Shown here piece after piece: positions 32,055-42,477 of a stretch of 64,000 bases of DNA. A program made the position numbers and the translations under genes. The stretch's first letter is position 1; each line of letters starts with the position of its first letter. This stretch comes from Nitrosopumilaceae archaeon (GTDB lineage: Archaea > Thermoproteota > Nitrososphaeria > Nitrososphaerales > Nitrosopumilaceae). The notes under the pieces were generated by a model. It did not search any database, was not told the origin of the DNA, and saw nothing but the letters and a program-made list of their open reading frames with translations. The stretch covers positions 864,001 to 928,000 of the forward strand of contig OZ242376.1 in assembly GCA_965209085.1 (NCBI GenBank), read 5' to 3'.

Positions 32055-33400
32055 TGCGATGCCTCCCTTAGGGCCTCTAGCATTGCGCCAGCTTTGTGTA
32101 CAGTCTCTTCAAATTCCATGATTGGATTTGAATCATATACGATGCCAGCTCCTGCCTGCACAAATCCTCTTGAGCCGTCAAAAAACACGCTTCTTATCGC
32201 AATTGCAAAATCGCAGCATCCGTTAAAAGAAAAATAACCCACAGCGCCCGCATACGGGCCGCGGACCTCATCTTCGAGCTCGTCTATGATTTCCATCGCC
32301 CTCACTTTTGGGGCGCCAGATACGGTACCTGCGGGAAACATTGCCCTGAACGCATCAAACATGTCTGTATCCTTTGCAAGAGTGCCTCTTACGTGCGATA
32401 CCATGTGCTGAACGTGGCTGAATTGCTTTACCTTCATGAGATCATCCACACGTATTGAACCTGGCGTGCAGACGCGTCCGACATCGTTGCGGCCAAGGTC
32501 AACTAGCATAGTATGCTCGGCCCGCTCTTTCTCACTATTTACCATCTCATATTTGAGGCGCTCATTCTCTTTTGTCGAATCTGCAACCTTGCATGTGCCA
32601 GCTATTGGAAATGTCTCAACTGTACCGGCATCCACGCGTATGAGCATCTCAGGACTTGCACCAATGGTGGTCCTCTGTGCTGATTTTATGTGGTACAAAT
32701 ACGGGGACGGGTTTAGCGCGCGAAGTTTTCTATATACCTGCAGGGGATCGCCTTTTGCATCAAATACCTGCCTGTTTGAGAGCACAACCTGAAACACATC
32801 ACCGGCTAGAACATATTTTTTTGCGCGCTCAACCATGTCTGAAAATGCAGCAGCATCTAGTGCGGATTCGGGCTCTGTGGCAGAAAACTTTCCAATTTTG
32901 CCGCCAGTTTTCAGCTCTGCATACCTGTTTGTCCTGCGGTAAAAATAAAACGATTCATCTTTTGCATGATCGTAGAGTATTCCATCAGTGTATATGCCAA
33001 ATTCCATTACAGGTTTGTCATTATATTTTGGATGCGCCACTTTTTCCCACATTCCTATGGCATCATAGTTTACTACTCCTACGGCACCTCCAACGTATCT
33101 GTGCTCTTTTTCGCAGGTTTTTCCAAGAATTTTACGCATATAGGAAAACGGATCGTCAGTATCATGCGATGTTTTTTTGCCGTCTCTGTGCGTTATAATC
33201 AGATGATCAGCATATATTGAAATTACAGCATCCGGATCAAAACCCATTACGGTGGTTTCTGCCATCTCGTTTGGACCTGCAAGCGATTCAAAGAGAAAGG
33301 AATGATTGTAATTTTCAGAAATACTCTCGTATGTTTCAAACGGCGAGATTGGATTGTCGATGCGCACGTATGTTGCATTTGCCTGCCCAAAAACATTCAC
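32051..33400 (-). CDS. trpE: Anthranilate synthase component I
   Basis: LFES, NPSPY, ASPE, PIAGT, EHTMLVDLGRND, PAGTVSGAPK. Start moved to GTG at 33400 because the longer ORF begins inside an IS end. Confidence 0.94.
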   Translation of the reverse strand: MNVFGQANATYVRIDNPISPFETYESISENYNHSFLFESLAGPNEMAETTVMGFDPDAVISIYADHLIITHRDGKKTSHDTDDPFSYMRKILGKTCEKEHRYVGGAVGVVNYDAIGMWEKVAHPKYNDKPVMEFGIYTDGILYDHAKDESFYFYRRTNRYAELKTGGKIGKFSATEPESALDAAAFSDMVERAKKYVLAGDVFQVVLSNRQVFDAKGDPLQVYRKLRALNPSPYLYHIKSAQRTTIGASPEMLIRVDAGTVETFPIAGTCKVADSTKENERLKYEMVNSEKERAEHTMLVDLGRNDVGRVCTPGSIRVDDLMKVKQFSHVQHMVSHVRGTLAKDTDMFDAFRAMFPAGTVSGAPKVRAMEIIDELEDEVRGPYAGAVGYFSFNGCCDFAIAIRSVFFDGSRGFVQAGAGIVYDSNPIMEFEETVHKAGAMLEALREASQ

Positions 33401-33448
33401 CCATGCCCATACGAGCAATGCCAAGTATTTATTATTATTGATTGCATA

Positions 33449-34612
33449 GGCTCTGTCCATGAATAAAATCAAAAACATACCATAAATCTTTTAGATCATG
33501 AACGTAAATGACCGAAAAAGCTTTGGATCAGTAGATCAGAGCCAATTTAATGAAATCAACAAAGCACAACCGACGAGGAAATCTTGCCAGATCACACCAA
33601 ATGTTAACCCCGATTATAATGAAAGCAAAAAATCAAGGGGTAAAGCCATGGAAACCGAATCCATTAGGACAAACTGGCTTTGACCCCCCCTGGGAATGAC
33701 TGTGTGTATTGCCCTAAAGACAATGTAACAACTGCCATACGATGAACTCGTAGATTATCTTGAAGATTCATCACGTTTACTACCAATACTGGGCTTGAAA
33801 AGAGTGCCATCAAGGTCGGCGTTGCAGGTAGCATCTAGAATTGATGAGCATTTCATCACATGGATGATAAATTCTGCAGGTAGACCTGGAATGAAAGGTA
33901 CATTGTACTGGGATTTTACAGGAATTGCAATAAACGGGCATAACACGTGAATTGATGCAAAAAATGGATCAAGGTCCAGACGGGATTATCGCAAATTGCA
34001 TATTATAACTGCTGAAAACGGCATAATCATATCATATGATATTACCCATGCACGATGCCATGATGCACCAATATTTGAGCAAATATGTGGCACACTGCCG
34101 CACGGTTCAGGCCACGTGATACTTGATGCAGCATACCTTTCACGCAACATATGCACGCTCATAGAAAAGACCGGACGAATTCCTGTAATAATGCCAAGAA
34201 AAGGTGTTCGTGTACGTGGATTTGACGCAATGGGCAAAAGATGGCATCGTGATAATCCTGATGAATTTCTATCCATATACCATATACTATAAACGCAGCA
34301 ACGTAGAGGCCACGTTTTCATTCATGAAGAGAAGGTTTTCATCCACTCTGAGTGCCCATAAATTTGCAACACAGAAAATTGAATTGGAATTCTTTGTCTT
34401 GTGCCATAATATTCACATTCTATCTGCCGCAGTCTAGATTCTGACACTTTGTGTCAGATACTATCCTAGCGTATGCAATACACTAAAACCCAATATTTGC
34501 AATACTGGCAAGATGAGCAGAGCTTGATAATGGCGAATTGGTGGATATGCTGCATGATTTTGAATGAATTTGATCGGATTTTTATAAAAAATGCTCATTC
34601 ATGGACAGATAT
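33449..34612 (+). mobile_element. IS-C: degenerate IS5/IS4-type (DDE_Tnp_1) element with a fragmented transposase
   Basis: Inverted ends TCTGTCCATGAAT (33452-33464) and ATTCATGGACAGA (34597-34609). Fragments DFTG, KLH, HD, LDAAYLS, YYKRSNVEATFSFMKR are broken by stops and frameshifts. Confidence 0.8.
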
Positions 34613-34656
34613 CCAATTGACGAATAGTTTATAATCCATACTTTTAATGGTATGTC

Positions 34657-34947
34657 ATGTGTAATCATAATATGACATATTTGTTGAAACAACATGATGA
34701 TGTCTTTACTGGCACTATGTTAGAATTAGAAGGTGTATTTACATCGGGCAAAAGTACAGATGAAATATCAATGAATCTTAAGAGTCAATCTTTAGCATAT
34801 TTTAAGACTTTTACGGATGTTCACAATGAAATTATTGAGTTAGAAAAAAGTAATAAACCATTATCACAAACTTTACCTAAATCTACTAATGGCAAAATAC
34901 TCCGTTTTGTCAATATTACTGTGGAGTGTCCAACTGATGCCAAATGA
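34657..34947 (+). CDS. HicB-like antitoxin-domain protein
   Basis: TYLLKQHDDVFTGTMLELEGVFTSGKSTDEISMNL matches the HicB N-terminal pattern (xxLPGxxTxGxTxEEAxxNL). AT-rich. Confidence 0.6.
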   Translation: MCNHNMTYLLKQHDDVFTGTMLELEGVFTSGKSTDEISMNLKSQSLAYFKTFTDVHNEIIELEKSNKPLSQTLPKSTNGKILRFVNITVECPTDAK

Positions 34948-35218
34948 TACAAGACAACTAAAACCTTCTATTGTTTCAATGATACCACTGTTTTTTGAAC
35001 GATATACAGAGATAATATCTGAAGATGTAGATAATGCTTATTATAGATTAAAAAGCTCCACTAAAGGAAATGAAGGTAGACTTCAAATCATTTCAAATGA
35101 TAATATGAAAATTGATGACGCATATATGACAGTTTTAGCAGATAATATGAATATGTCTTTATCTTTATTATATAATTTTTATGATCGGTTATATTCTTTA
35201 AAATCCAATTTAGTATGA
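34937..35218 (+). CDS. Hypothetical protein coupled to the HicB-like gene (possible divergent toxin)
   Basis: ATG at 34937 overlaps the end of the upstream gene. 93 aa, AT-rich; C-terminal VLADNMNMSLSLLYNF loosely recalls the HicA C-terminus. Confidence 0.5.
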   Translation: MPNDTRQLKPSIVSMIPLFFERYTEIISEDVDNAYYRLKSSTKGNEGRLQIISNDNMKIDDAYMTVLADNMNMSLSLLYNFYDRLYSLKSNLV

Positions 35219-35293
35219 GGTCAGCACCTCGTGCTATTTTGTGCATACATCTTCATTTATTGCATAAATTCTAGGTATGACGTGACCTCATAC
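35213..35293. mobile_element. 81-bp MITE-like element
   Basis: Perfect 11-bp TIR GTATGAGGTCA / TGACCTCATAC, flanked by direct repeats CAATTTA (35206-35212 and 35294-35300). Confidence 0.75.
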
Positions 35294-35323
35294 CAATTTA
35301 AGTTAATTCACTAAAATCTTGAA

Positions 35324-35611
35324 TAGAATTTATGCACAATCAATCACATATACATACGATTCCGACTGGCATTGCCATGATCAAAACGCATAGTGAATAA
35401 AGTTTTCAAACAGACAACAAAATAAATCAAAATATCACATACATGACAGCAGAATATTATGCGTGATTGCACAAAGATGTGCTATTTGATTTGCGGGCAG
35501 ACTCTCTCTAATGGTTCTATGTATTTGCGATCCTTTAACATGACGTGTAAGTTGGTCAGTCCTATGATCACTTGAATTTCTGCATAAAACGCATCCATGG
35601 TATTATCATAT
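35324..35611 (-). mobile_element. Degenerate right-end fragment of an IS-A relative
   Basis: Reverse complement aligns to the last ~290 bp of IS-A (TAGAATTTATGCACAATCAATC...catacgattccgac...aaaataaatcaaaatatca...gatcctttaacatga). Confidence 0.8.
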
Positions 35612-35684
35612 TGGTGCGGACTCCTGTACAATGAGAACGATTTTTACATTAAAAATGACAGGATCATCTGGATCATTTTATCCT

Positions 35685-35766
35685 TAGATTTTATTCACAA
35701 TTCACCAAAAAAACAATTTTGGCAAATCAAAAGATCTATGATCCGGGCTCACATTCACACGGCACG
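35685..35766 (+). mobile_element. Degenerate left-end fragment of an IS-A relative
   Basis: tagattttattcacaattcaccaaaaaacaattttggcaaatcaaaagatctatgatc aligns with 14482 onward. Confidence 0.75.
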
Positions 35767-35997
35767 CCTAATTTGTACAGTACTGTAAAGTACGGTACCT
35801 TTTTATGACCCGTTTCATACCCTATAATCATGAGTCAAATGCTACAGACACAGATTATCCCCGTACTAGAGGTACCTTTTGCCACCTCTGTTGCAAAAAC
35901 CATAAAATGCTTCAAATGCGGCTGCCATCCAAGAAACGGCATTGTATTAACTGCTGCAAAAATTGGCGGCAAAATTGGATTTTATTGTACAGATCAT

Positions 35998-37671
35998 CTA
36001 TAAAATCGGACTAGTTACAGCTCCGTTTGCAGCAGAACCTACAAGCGAGGCATATTTTGCAAGCGCACCAGATGAATAATTCGGACTCGGGCGACTCCAT
36101 TGTGATCTTCGTTTTTCAATCTCTTCTGCTGAAACATCCAAAATGATTGAACCGGATTCTATGTCTATTGTAATTTTATCCCCGTCTTTAACAAGTGCAA
36201 TCGGACCTCCAACATATGCTTCAGGTGCCACATGGCCAACCATAAAACCCCGTGTACCGCCAGAGAACCGCCCATCAGTTACCATTGCAACACTTTTTCC
36301 AAGACCCTGGCCCACTAGTGCTGCAGTAGTTGCAAGCATCTCGCGCATTCCAGGACCGCCCCTTGGACCCTCGTACCGTATAACTAGAACATCGCCCTCT
36401 TTTATCCCCCCGCCAGAGACTTTTTCAAACGCATCCTCTTCGCACTCAAAGACGCAGGCACTGCCGTTGAATTTTTTCATTTCAACTCCTGCGGTTTTTA
36501 TGACCGCCCCTTCAGGAGCCAGCGAGCCGCGCAATATGTGGGCTGTTCCAGTATTATGCAGCGGCTCTTCTGCAGACCTGACAATTGACTGCCCCTCTGG
36601 AATCGGCATCGCCGAATCAAGATTCTCTTCCATTGTTTTGCCGGTAACTGTCATGCATTTGCCGTGCAAAAGTCCTTTTTTATGCAAAATTTTCAGGACA
36701 ACCGGAATGCCACCTATCTTATCCAAAGAGTTCATGACATAATTTCCTCCAGGTTTCATATCTGCAATGTGAGGTGTTTTCTTTCGCACCCTCTCAAAAT
36801 CATCATATGAGAGTTTGATGCCAGCTTCATGAGCTAGTGCCAGTAAATGCAGTATGCCGTTGGTTGATCCTCCAACAGCATTTAAGACAGTAATTGCATT
36901 CTCAAAGGCCTCAAAGGAGAGTATCTCTCTTGGACGTATTTGCAATTCCAAAAGTTTTGCGCACGCAGCTCCTGTATCATATACGATTTTTTTACGCCTA
37001 TCATCCTCTGCAGGGGGGGATGCGCTGCCTGGAAGTCCAAGTCCGATGGCCTCAGATATTGACGCCATTGTATTTGCAGTAAACATGCCGCCGCACGAGC
37101 CAGCATTCGGACATGCGTTTTTTTCAATATCTGTGAGATCATCAAGGCTTAGTTTACCCGAATCGTACGCGCCAACTGCCTCGTATACGTCAACTATTGT
37201 AAGCTCTTTTCCATCAAGCATTCCGGGCATTATTGTCCCACCGTATACAAAAACTGACGGTATGTTTAATCTGGCCATTGCCATCATTGTACCTGGAAGT
37301 GATTTATCGCACCCGGCAATTCCAACTAGTGCATCATACTGGTGCGCCCGTATCATAAGCTCTATTGAATCAGCTATCACCTCGCGCGAAACAAGCGAGG
37401 ATTTCATGCCTTCATGACCCATTGCTATGCCGTCGCTGACTGCTATTGTTGAAAATACTCTTGGCGTTGCACCGCCGTCACTGACGCCTTTTTTTGCATG
37501 CTCTGCCAATTCTGGCAGATGTATGTTGCACGGGGTTGACTCGTTTCCGGTATGGCAGACACCTACAAATGATTTTTGAATGTCCTCATCTCCAAGCCCC
37601 ATCGCCCTGTACATTGCGCGGTGCGGAGCGCGTGCAGTTCCCTCTACAACGTTTCTACTAGAGATCTCCAT
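35998..37671 (-). CDS. ilvD: Dihydroxy-acid dehydratase
   Basis: [56 protein letters not shown]. Confidence 0.97.
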   Translation of the reverse strand: MEISSRNVVEGTARAPHRAMYRAMGLGDEDIQKSFVGVCHTGNESTPCNIHLPELAEHAKKGVSDGGATPRVFSTIAVSDGIAMGHEGMKSSLVSREVIADSIELMIRAHQYDALVGIAGCDKSLPGTMMAMARLNIPSVFVYGGTIMPGMLDGKELTIVDVYEAVGAYDSGKLSLDDLTDIEKNACPNAGSCGGMFTANTMASISEAIGLGLPGSASPPAEDDRRKKIVYDTGAACAKLLELQIRPREILSFEAFENAITVLNAVGGSTNGILHLLALAHEAGIKLSYDDFERVRKKTPHIADMKPGGNYVMNSLDKIGGIPVVLKILHKKGLLHGKCMTVTGKTMEENLDSAMPIPEGQSIVRSAEEPLHNTGTAHILRGSLAPEGAVIKTAGVEMKKFNGSACVFECEEDAFEKVSGGGIKEGDVLVIRYEGPRGGPGMREMLATTAALVGQGLGKSVAMVTDGRFSGGTRGFMVGHVAPEAYVGGPIALVKDGDKITIDIESGSIILDVSAEEIEKRRSQWSRPSPNYSSGALAKYASLVGSAANGAVTSPIL

Positions 37672-37708
37672 GTATGTTTGAAATCCTAGTGTATAATTTA
37701 GTGTTTTA

Positions 37709-38305
37709 CTAGCTTAGAATCGTCTGTTTTTCAAGCTCTGCTAGCTCACTCTCAATCCTGTCCAGATCGTTGTTCCCGTATGATATGAGTATGCGCGATT
37801 TATCCTCAATGACCAAATCGTTAATGCTATCTGTTTGGAAACCGTTCACATAATATTTGAGTGTAAACTCTTCATTTGTACAAAACTGCCGCTCATCTGG
37901 GAAGATGTAGCATTGATCATCCAACCGTATACCGACGGTGTTGAAGAGAAATTCTAGCGTGACTCCTGAGGCATGTCTGTGCACAGTGGTGCCATCCTGT
38001 GCCTCAAAGTGAATCCAACTGCTCTTTATCTGGTATGCGGGAAGCGAATAATCAAAATTGTCTCCATGTATCTTTGTCAGTATGGATGCATGTACGTGCT
38101 CATCTCCAAGAGATCCGGCATTTTCCGGTGAGCCCTGGCCTATGCCGCCGCTGGTGATGAAATTGTACACAGATATGCCAACTATCACAACAATCACGGA
38201 AAATACTGCTGCAATTATGAGGGAATTTTTGCGTTTTTGTTTTGTACGTTTTGCTGCAAAACTGTCCCGGCGTTCTTCACGTTCTTTGCGTACTTTCTTA
38301 CCCAT
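37709..38305 (-). CDS. Membrane-anchored hypothetical protein with His motifs
   Basis: Basic N-terminus, one TM helix, then DEHVHA...IHFE...VHRHA. Confidence 0.78.
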   Translation of the reverse strand: MGKKVRKEREERRDSFAAKRTKQKRKNSLIIAAVFSVIVVIVGISVYNFITSGGIGQGSPENAGSLGDEHVHASILTKIHGDNFDYSLPAYQIKSSWIHFEAQDGTTVHRHASGVTLEFLFNTVGIRLDDQCYIFPDERQFCTNEEFTLKYYVNGFQTDSINDLVIEDKSRILISYGNNDLDRIESELAELEKQTILS

Positions 38306-38353
38306 ACGTGCATAACTCTTGGAGCCATATAATAAACAAATCGTATGTGCATT

Positions 38354-39997
38354 TTATGGCAGTATGCCGTTTTGTGTGATATACTTTAGCATATGGACAT
38401 ATTCAGCATCCGATACCAATCCGACATTCCACCATTTTGATACTCTTACCACCCATTCTGGAATTTCATCAAAACTTGTAACCGTACCAGTTAGTGCCGA
38501 TACTGCCGATGCAAACTCGGATCCATCATCCAATCCTGTACTCATACGTTTTATGGCATTTTTTGCCACTCCAAGATCATCAACTGATTCAGCAACACTG
38601 TATGATTTTACAATCTTGCTGAGTCTCTCCAGCGTATTGGAGATTGAATTCACACTAGAATCAAGATCTCTTAGCGCTGCAAACACTGCCTCGTAATCCC
38701 CTGCATCCAGTCTATCTTCTGCTTTTGCAATCTGCAGATATGCGGATTCTATTTTCAGCTCTGCAGAACTTGAAAAGGCGTGTATGAAATTACTGTCTTT
38801 TTTCAGAATGCTCGACTGGGGGATTTTTGCCATGGCTTTTTTGAGGTTTTCAGCCTGCTGTTTTAAAGAGTTTACGGCGGTTTTTTGCATGTCTATTATA
38901 CCTGCCACATCCGAGGATGAGGTAAGAGGATCTTTTTTTACACCCGTATTGACGACCTCAAAATACACGTCCATTTCATTGTCTACGACTCCGATATAAC
39001 TTGCCGATACTGTGTATAATCCAAGCGGTGATTCTGAATCGTATGCTGTGAGAACCTCAAAGTATCCGCTTCTTGTATGTGTTATTTTCAAAACATCTAT
39101 TGTCTGATCCGGTTTTAACACGGAAACTATGACTGGATGCCCATCAAGCAGTACTGCCTTGTTTATCTGCCCGGATATGGTAACTGTATTTGGGTGTGCA
39201 TCATTTAACACCACCTTTTCACTTGAGATGTCTACGGTTACAAACGGATGGAATATCGGTACCGGTCGGTCACTGTACGAATAAAATCCTCTCTCCCCAT
39301 ATATGCTGCGTATCTTTTGCACGTCCAAATTCTTTATCGCAATATCTGCCACATTGGCCGGCAAGGATGGTATCATTACGGATGGCGGCAACTCGTCCCC
39401 ATTCCTCCATTTTTCATTCTCCTCCATCTTATCTGAAACATAGTGGTGTGCTCCTAGCGAGTGGCCAACCTCATGCAACATTGTCCCATATAGTGATACC
39501 GTATCCCTGTAGCGGTCATCAAAATAACATAAAACCCCGTCATCACAGATAAACGGTTTCAGATAGTATATGTCGATTATAGCCGGAACTGTTGACGTGG
39601 CTGTAAACGTACCTGCAACTATGTCATGACTTGCCGGCTGCCCTGACATGTTTTGATGCGATTTGTAATATACGAGAATGTCGCATCCGGCTTGAATATT
39701 ACCGACGCTTTTATGACTCATCTGCCATATGTTATTTATGCCGTCTTCGGCAGCCTGCAGGTTGTTTGTCCAGCTTGATACGGCATCCTTTGAGACGTCT
39801 ACAAATTCTGCAATTTTTGAGGAGGATTCATCGATACCCTCAATTACAGTACAGTATGTGGGGGGCTCCTTTAACCTATAGTTTGTAGATGGGTAAAAAA
39901 TGTCAGCAGCTGCCATTTGGGCGTTATTTCCCCACGTTGCAAGTAAAATTATGATTAAAAACATCGCTTTTGTACCTGCAAATCTTGTATGCACCAT
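38354..39997 (-). CDS. Secreted metzincin-type zinc metalloprotease with a thaumarchaeal C-terminal domain
   Basis: Signal peptide, HEVGHSLGAHH, Met-turn SVMIP, C-terminal IPEWV...KWW...SDAEY...YITQNGIL. Confidence 0.82.
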   Translation of the reverse strand: MVHTRFAGTKAMFLIIILLATWGNNAQMAAADIFYPSTNYRLKEPPTYCTVIEGIDESSSKIAEFVDVSKDAVSSWTNNLQAAEDGINNIWQMSHKSVGNIQAGCDILVYYKSHQNMSGQPASHDIVAGTFTATSTVPAIIDIYYLKPFICDDGVLCYFDDRYRDTVSLYGTMLHEVGHSLGAHHYVSDKMEENEKWRNGDELPPSVMIPSLPANVADIAIKNLDVQKIRSIYGERGFYSYSDRPVPIFHPFVTVDISSEKVVLNDAHPNTVTISGQINKAVLLDGHPVIVSVLKPDQTIDVLKITHTRSGYFEVLTAYDSESPLGLYTVSASYIGVVDNEMDVYFEVVNTGVKKDPLTSSSDVAGIIDMQKTAVNSLKQQAENLKKAMAKIPQSSILKKDSNFIHAFSSSAELKIESAYLQIAKAEDRLDAGDYEAVFAALRDLDSSVNSISNTLERLSKIVKSYSVAESVDDLGVAKNAIKRMSTGLDDGSEFASAVSALTGTVTSFDEIPEWVVRVSKWWNVGLVSDAEYVHMLKYITQNGILP

Positions 39998-40093
39998 GGT
40001 CTGTTTTTAGCATACAGCCGTTATAGGTTTTAAGCCCGGTTATTTACATGCGTACAACTCAACTAATAAATAAAATGTCAAAAGGGTAAAAGT

Positions 40094-40498
40094 GTGGGCT
40101 GTATCTTTTGTGACATTATATCACGCACTGAAAAAGCAAGCATTGCATTTGAGGATGATGAATCCCTGGCTTTTTTGGACCGATATCCGATAGATACTGG
40201 ACACTGTCTTCTTGTCCCAAAAAAACACTATGAAAAGATAACTGACATGGATAGCGCCGATGTCGGATCACTTTTCTCAAAAGTGCCAAAACTTGCCGGT
40301 GCGATACTTGAAGAAACAGGAGCTGTTGCATTCAGTCTTGGGCAAAACAACGGCAGGGCTGCAAAACAGATCATAGGGCACGTACACGTGCACATAATTC
40401 CAAGATATGAGAATCGCGGGTCGGTTTGGACAAAAAGAAGCATTTCAAAAATGGAAGATTTGGAAAAGCTGGCAGAAAAGATACGTGCACGGTTTTAA
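40094..40498 (+). CDS. HIT family hydrolase
   Basis: CIFC, GHCLLVPKKH, HVHVHIIPR. Confidence 0.94.
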   Translation: MGCIFCDIISRTEKASIAFEDDESLAFLDRYPIDTGHCLLVPKKHYEKITDMDSADVGSLFSKVPKLAGAILEETGAVAFSLGQNNGRAAKQIIGHVHVHIIPRYENRGSVWTKRSISKMEDLEKLAEKIRARF

Positions 40499-40514
40499 GA
40501 TAACGCCTGCAGTA

Positions 40515-41801
40515 CTAGGTTAATTTTGCGTGTCCTGGATTGTACCGGAGTATTGCACCAACCATGCCAAGGCTTCCAAGCATCACCCCGTGCTCGGTTT
40601 TACCTGATATGACCTCAATTGTTGTTCCAGTCTTTGATGATAAAAGTGCCAGATAATCCACAAAATCCCTCTCGCTTGCATCCAAATCCGTACTAGAGCA
40701 CTCTGGACACGGACTGTTTAGCATCTGGGTTCTGTTTTTGATAATCTCTGGACGTTTTAGCACTTTTTCCTGCACGTGCGAGCATTTGTTGCATTTTACA
40801 TCCAATTTATGCATGTCAGTATCGTCAGTTACAAGCAGCGTATCTACTACGTTGTTTTTGAGCAACTCTATCACCTCGTCCAACCCGTAGCTTCCAAGAC
40901 CCGTATGCGAATTTATTTTTTGAAAGAGTAATTCCACTATGCGTTTTTCTTCCACGAGTCTAAAGTTTGAGAGTATGTTTCCAGCCTTGTCAAAAGCCTC
41001 TCGGACACCTTCGGAACCAGCATATGATGCATCAATGGTATCTATTATCATATCCTGCAACCGGTATTCGAGGTATCCTCCGTTGACAAATTCTTCCTTT
41101 GTTGGACCGGGTCCGGATATGATAAGGCCTTTTATCTGATAAATGTCTATGAAATACTCGCGGGTGACATTTGCCACGCGGTTAAAGTAATACGTCAGCT
41201 CCATTTCGCGAAGCTTTTGAAATCTTTTGGCCGACTGGCCGCCCTGTCTGTGTTTTCCTGCAACGCCTGAACCTGTCTCTGATAAAACGTCTATTCTGTC
41301 CCCGTGTAGCAGACCCCATCCGGCATCCTTTGCATCAATGGCCAAAAACCCGATAAGGTTGTCATCCTTTAACATGTCTTTTAGAATGTCCACGTGGAAA
41401 TGATCATCGCACCGGTATAGGAACGTCTTTAGATCTTTTGGAGGATCTATCTCGTATGCCCGAACCACCTCGCTTCCAATCGGTCCGCCTCCTTCTGGCG
41501 GCAGCGCGCCGCAAAATACCACAAGGCCGCGCTCTGGAGTTTTTTTATACATTTTCAACCGTTGTATGACCTTTCCGAGAGAATCGACCACATGCGTACG
41601 GGTAAAATCGGATTTTATATTGTCCGCTGTTCCCTGCTCTTCTTTGAGAATGCTTATCACCTCGTGCATCTGTTTTCCCTTTGGTATGTATACCGTGATA
41701 AGCTCAGTACCGTGTCCAGTTTTATCTGAAAGCTCGTCAAGTGTCTTACGTATGCGGTACATTTTGACAGAATCCTGTTTTTCAATCTTTATTTTTAACA
41801 T
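40515..41801 (-). CDS. prf1: Peptide chain release factor aRF1
   Basis: GTELIT, NIKS, YRCD, GGQSAKRF. Confidence 0.97.
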   Translation of the reverse strand: MLKIKIEKQDSVKMYRIRKTLDELSDKTGHGTELITVYIPKGKQMHEVISILKEEQGTADNIKSDFTRTHVVDSLGKVIQRLKMYKKTPERGLVVFCGALPPEGGGPIGSEVVRAYEIDPPKDLKTFLYRCDDHFHVDILKDMLKDDNLIGFLAIDAKDAGWGLLHGDRIDVLSETGSGVAGKHRQGGQSAKRFQKLREMELTYYFNRVANVTREYFIDIYQIKGLIISGPGPTKEEFVNGGYLEYRLQDMIIDTIDASYAGSEGVREAFDKAGNILSNFRLVEEKRIVELLFQKINSHTGLGSYGLDEVIELLKNNVVDTLLVTDDTDMHKLDVKCNKCSHVQEKVLKRPEIIKNRTQMLNSPCPECSSTDLDASERDFVDYLALLSSKTGTTIEVISGKTEHGVMLGSLGMVGAILRYNPGHAKLT

Positions 41802-41835
41802 GTTTTACTCATACACCATTCGTGTAATACCCTTG

Positions 41836-42477
41836 CTATAGGCTATCAATTGCACGCTCAAACACGGCAACCGGCTGGGCACCTTTTACTATAATGACAT
41901 CTTGCCCGTTTGATATCAAAAACGTGGGCGTTGAAGTCACACCGATGCTCTTACCGTATCTTGTAGAATCGCGTACGCGGTCTGCATGGGGTTTTGAGTC
42001 AAGACATGAATTAAATTCAGCAGTATCAATATCCATCGAGACTGCTAGTGCAAGTAACGAGTCGTTTGTTATCCAACCCGTACGCTCCCCGCCCCAATTT
42101 TCATACAGTGCATCATGGTATTCCCAAAACATGCCCTGATCTTCTGCACAGTGGGATGCAATCGCTGCAAGTTCTGAATCAGGACCGTTTAGGATAAAAT
42201 CCCGAAACACAATGTTTACGGATCCTGTATCGACATATTTTTCCTTTATTGCACCAAGCGTATTTTGATGAAATCTGTGGCAAAATTCACACTGATAATC
42301 GCCCCATTCTATGATTGTAATGCTAGCATCAGTACTGCCAAAGATCGGGGATGCCTCTGCCAACAATTCAGCAGTGGTCATCATACCTGACTCTTGCGGC
42401 TCTTGTGTCATGTATGCAACTGCTAGCACGCCTGCGATTACAGGAATTGCAACTAGGGCAAAATACACATTCTTCAT
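41836..42477 (-). CDS. DsbA-family thioredoxin-fold protein
   Basis: N-terminal TM, DYQCEFC, STPTF, GAQP. Confidence 0.9.
   Translation of the reverse strand: MKNVYFALVAIPVIAGVLAVAYMTQEPQESGMMTTAELLAEASPIFGSTDASITIIEWGDYQCEFCHRFHQNTLGAIKEKYVDTGSVNIVFRDFILNGPDSELAAIASHCAEDQGMFWEYHDALYENWGGERTGWITNDSLLALAVSMDIDTAEFNSCLDSKPHADRVRDSTRYGKSIGVTSTPTFLISNGQDVIIVKGAQPVAVFERAIDSL

Noticed and set aside
33401-33478. N-terminal extension of TrpE containing two Trp codons (attenuator-like)
   Set aside because: The extension begins inside the IS-C end and crosses the TATA-like box; no leader peptide or terminator structure is evident.
35597-36014. ORFs 35597-35788 and 35805-36014
   Set aside because: The first overlaps IS-A remnants and neither has recognisable motifs; likely spurious.
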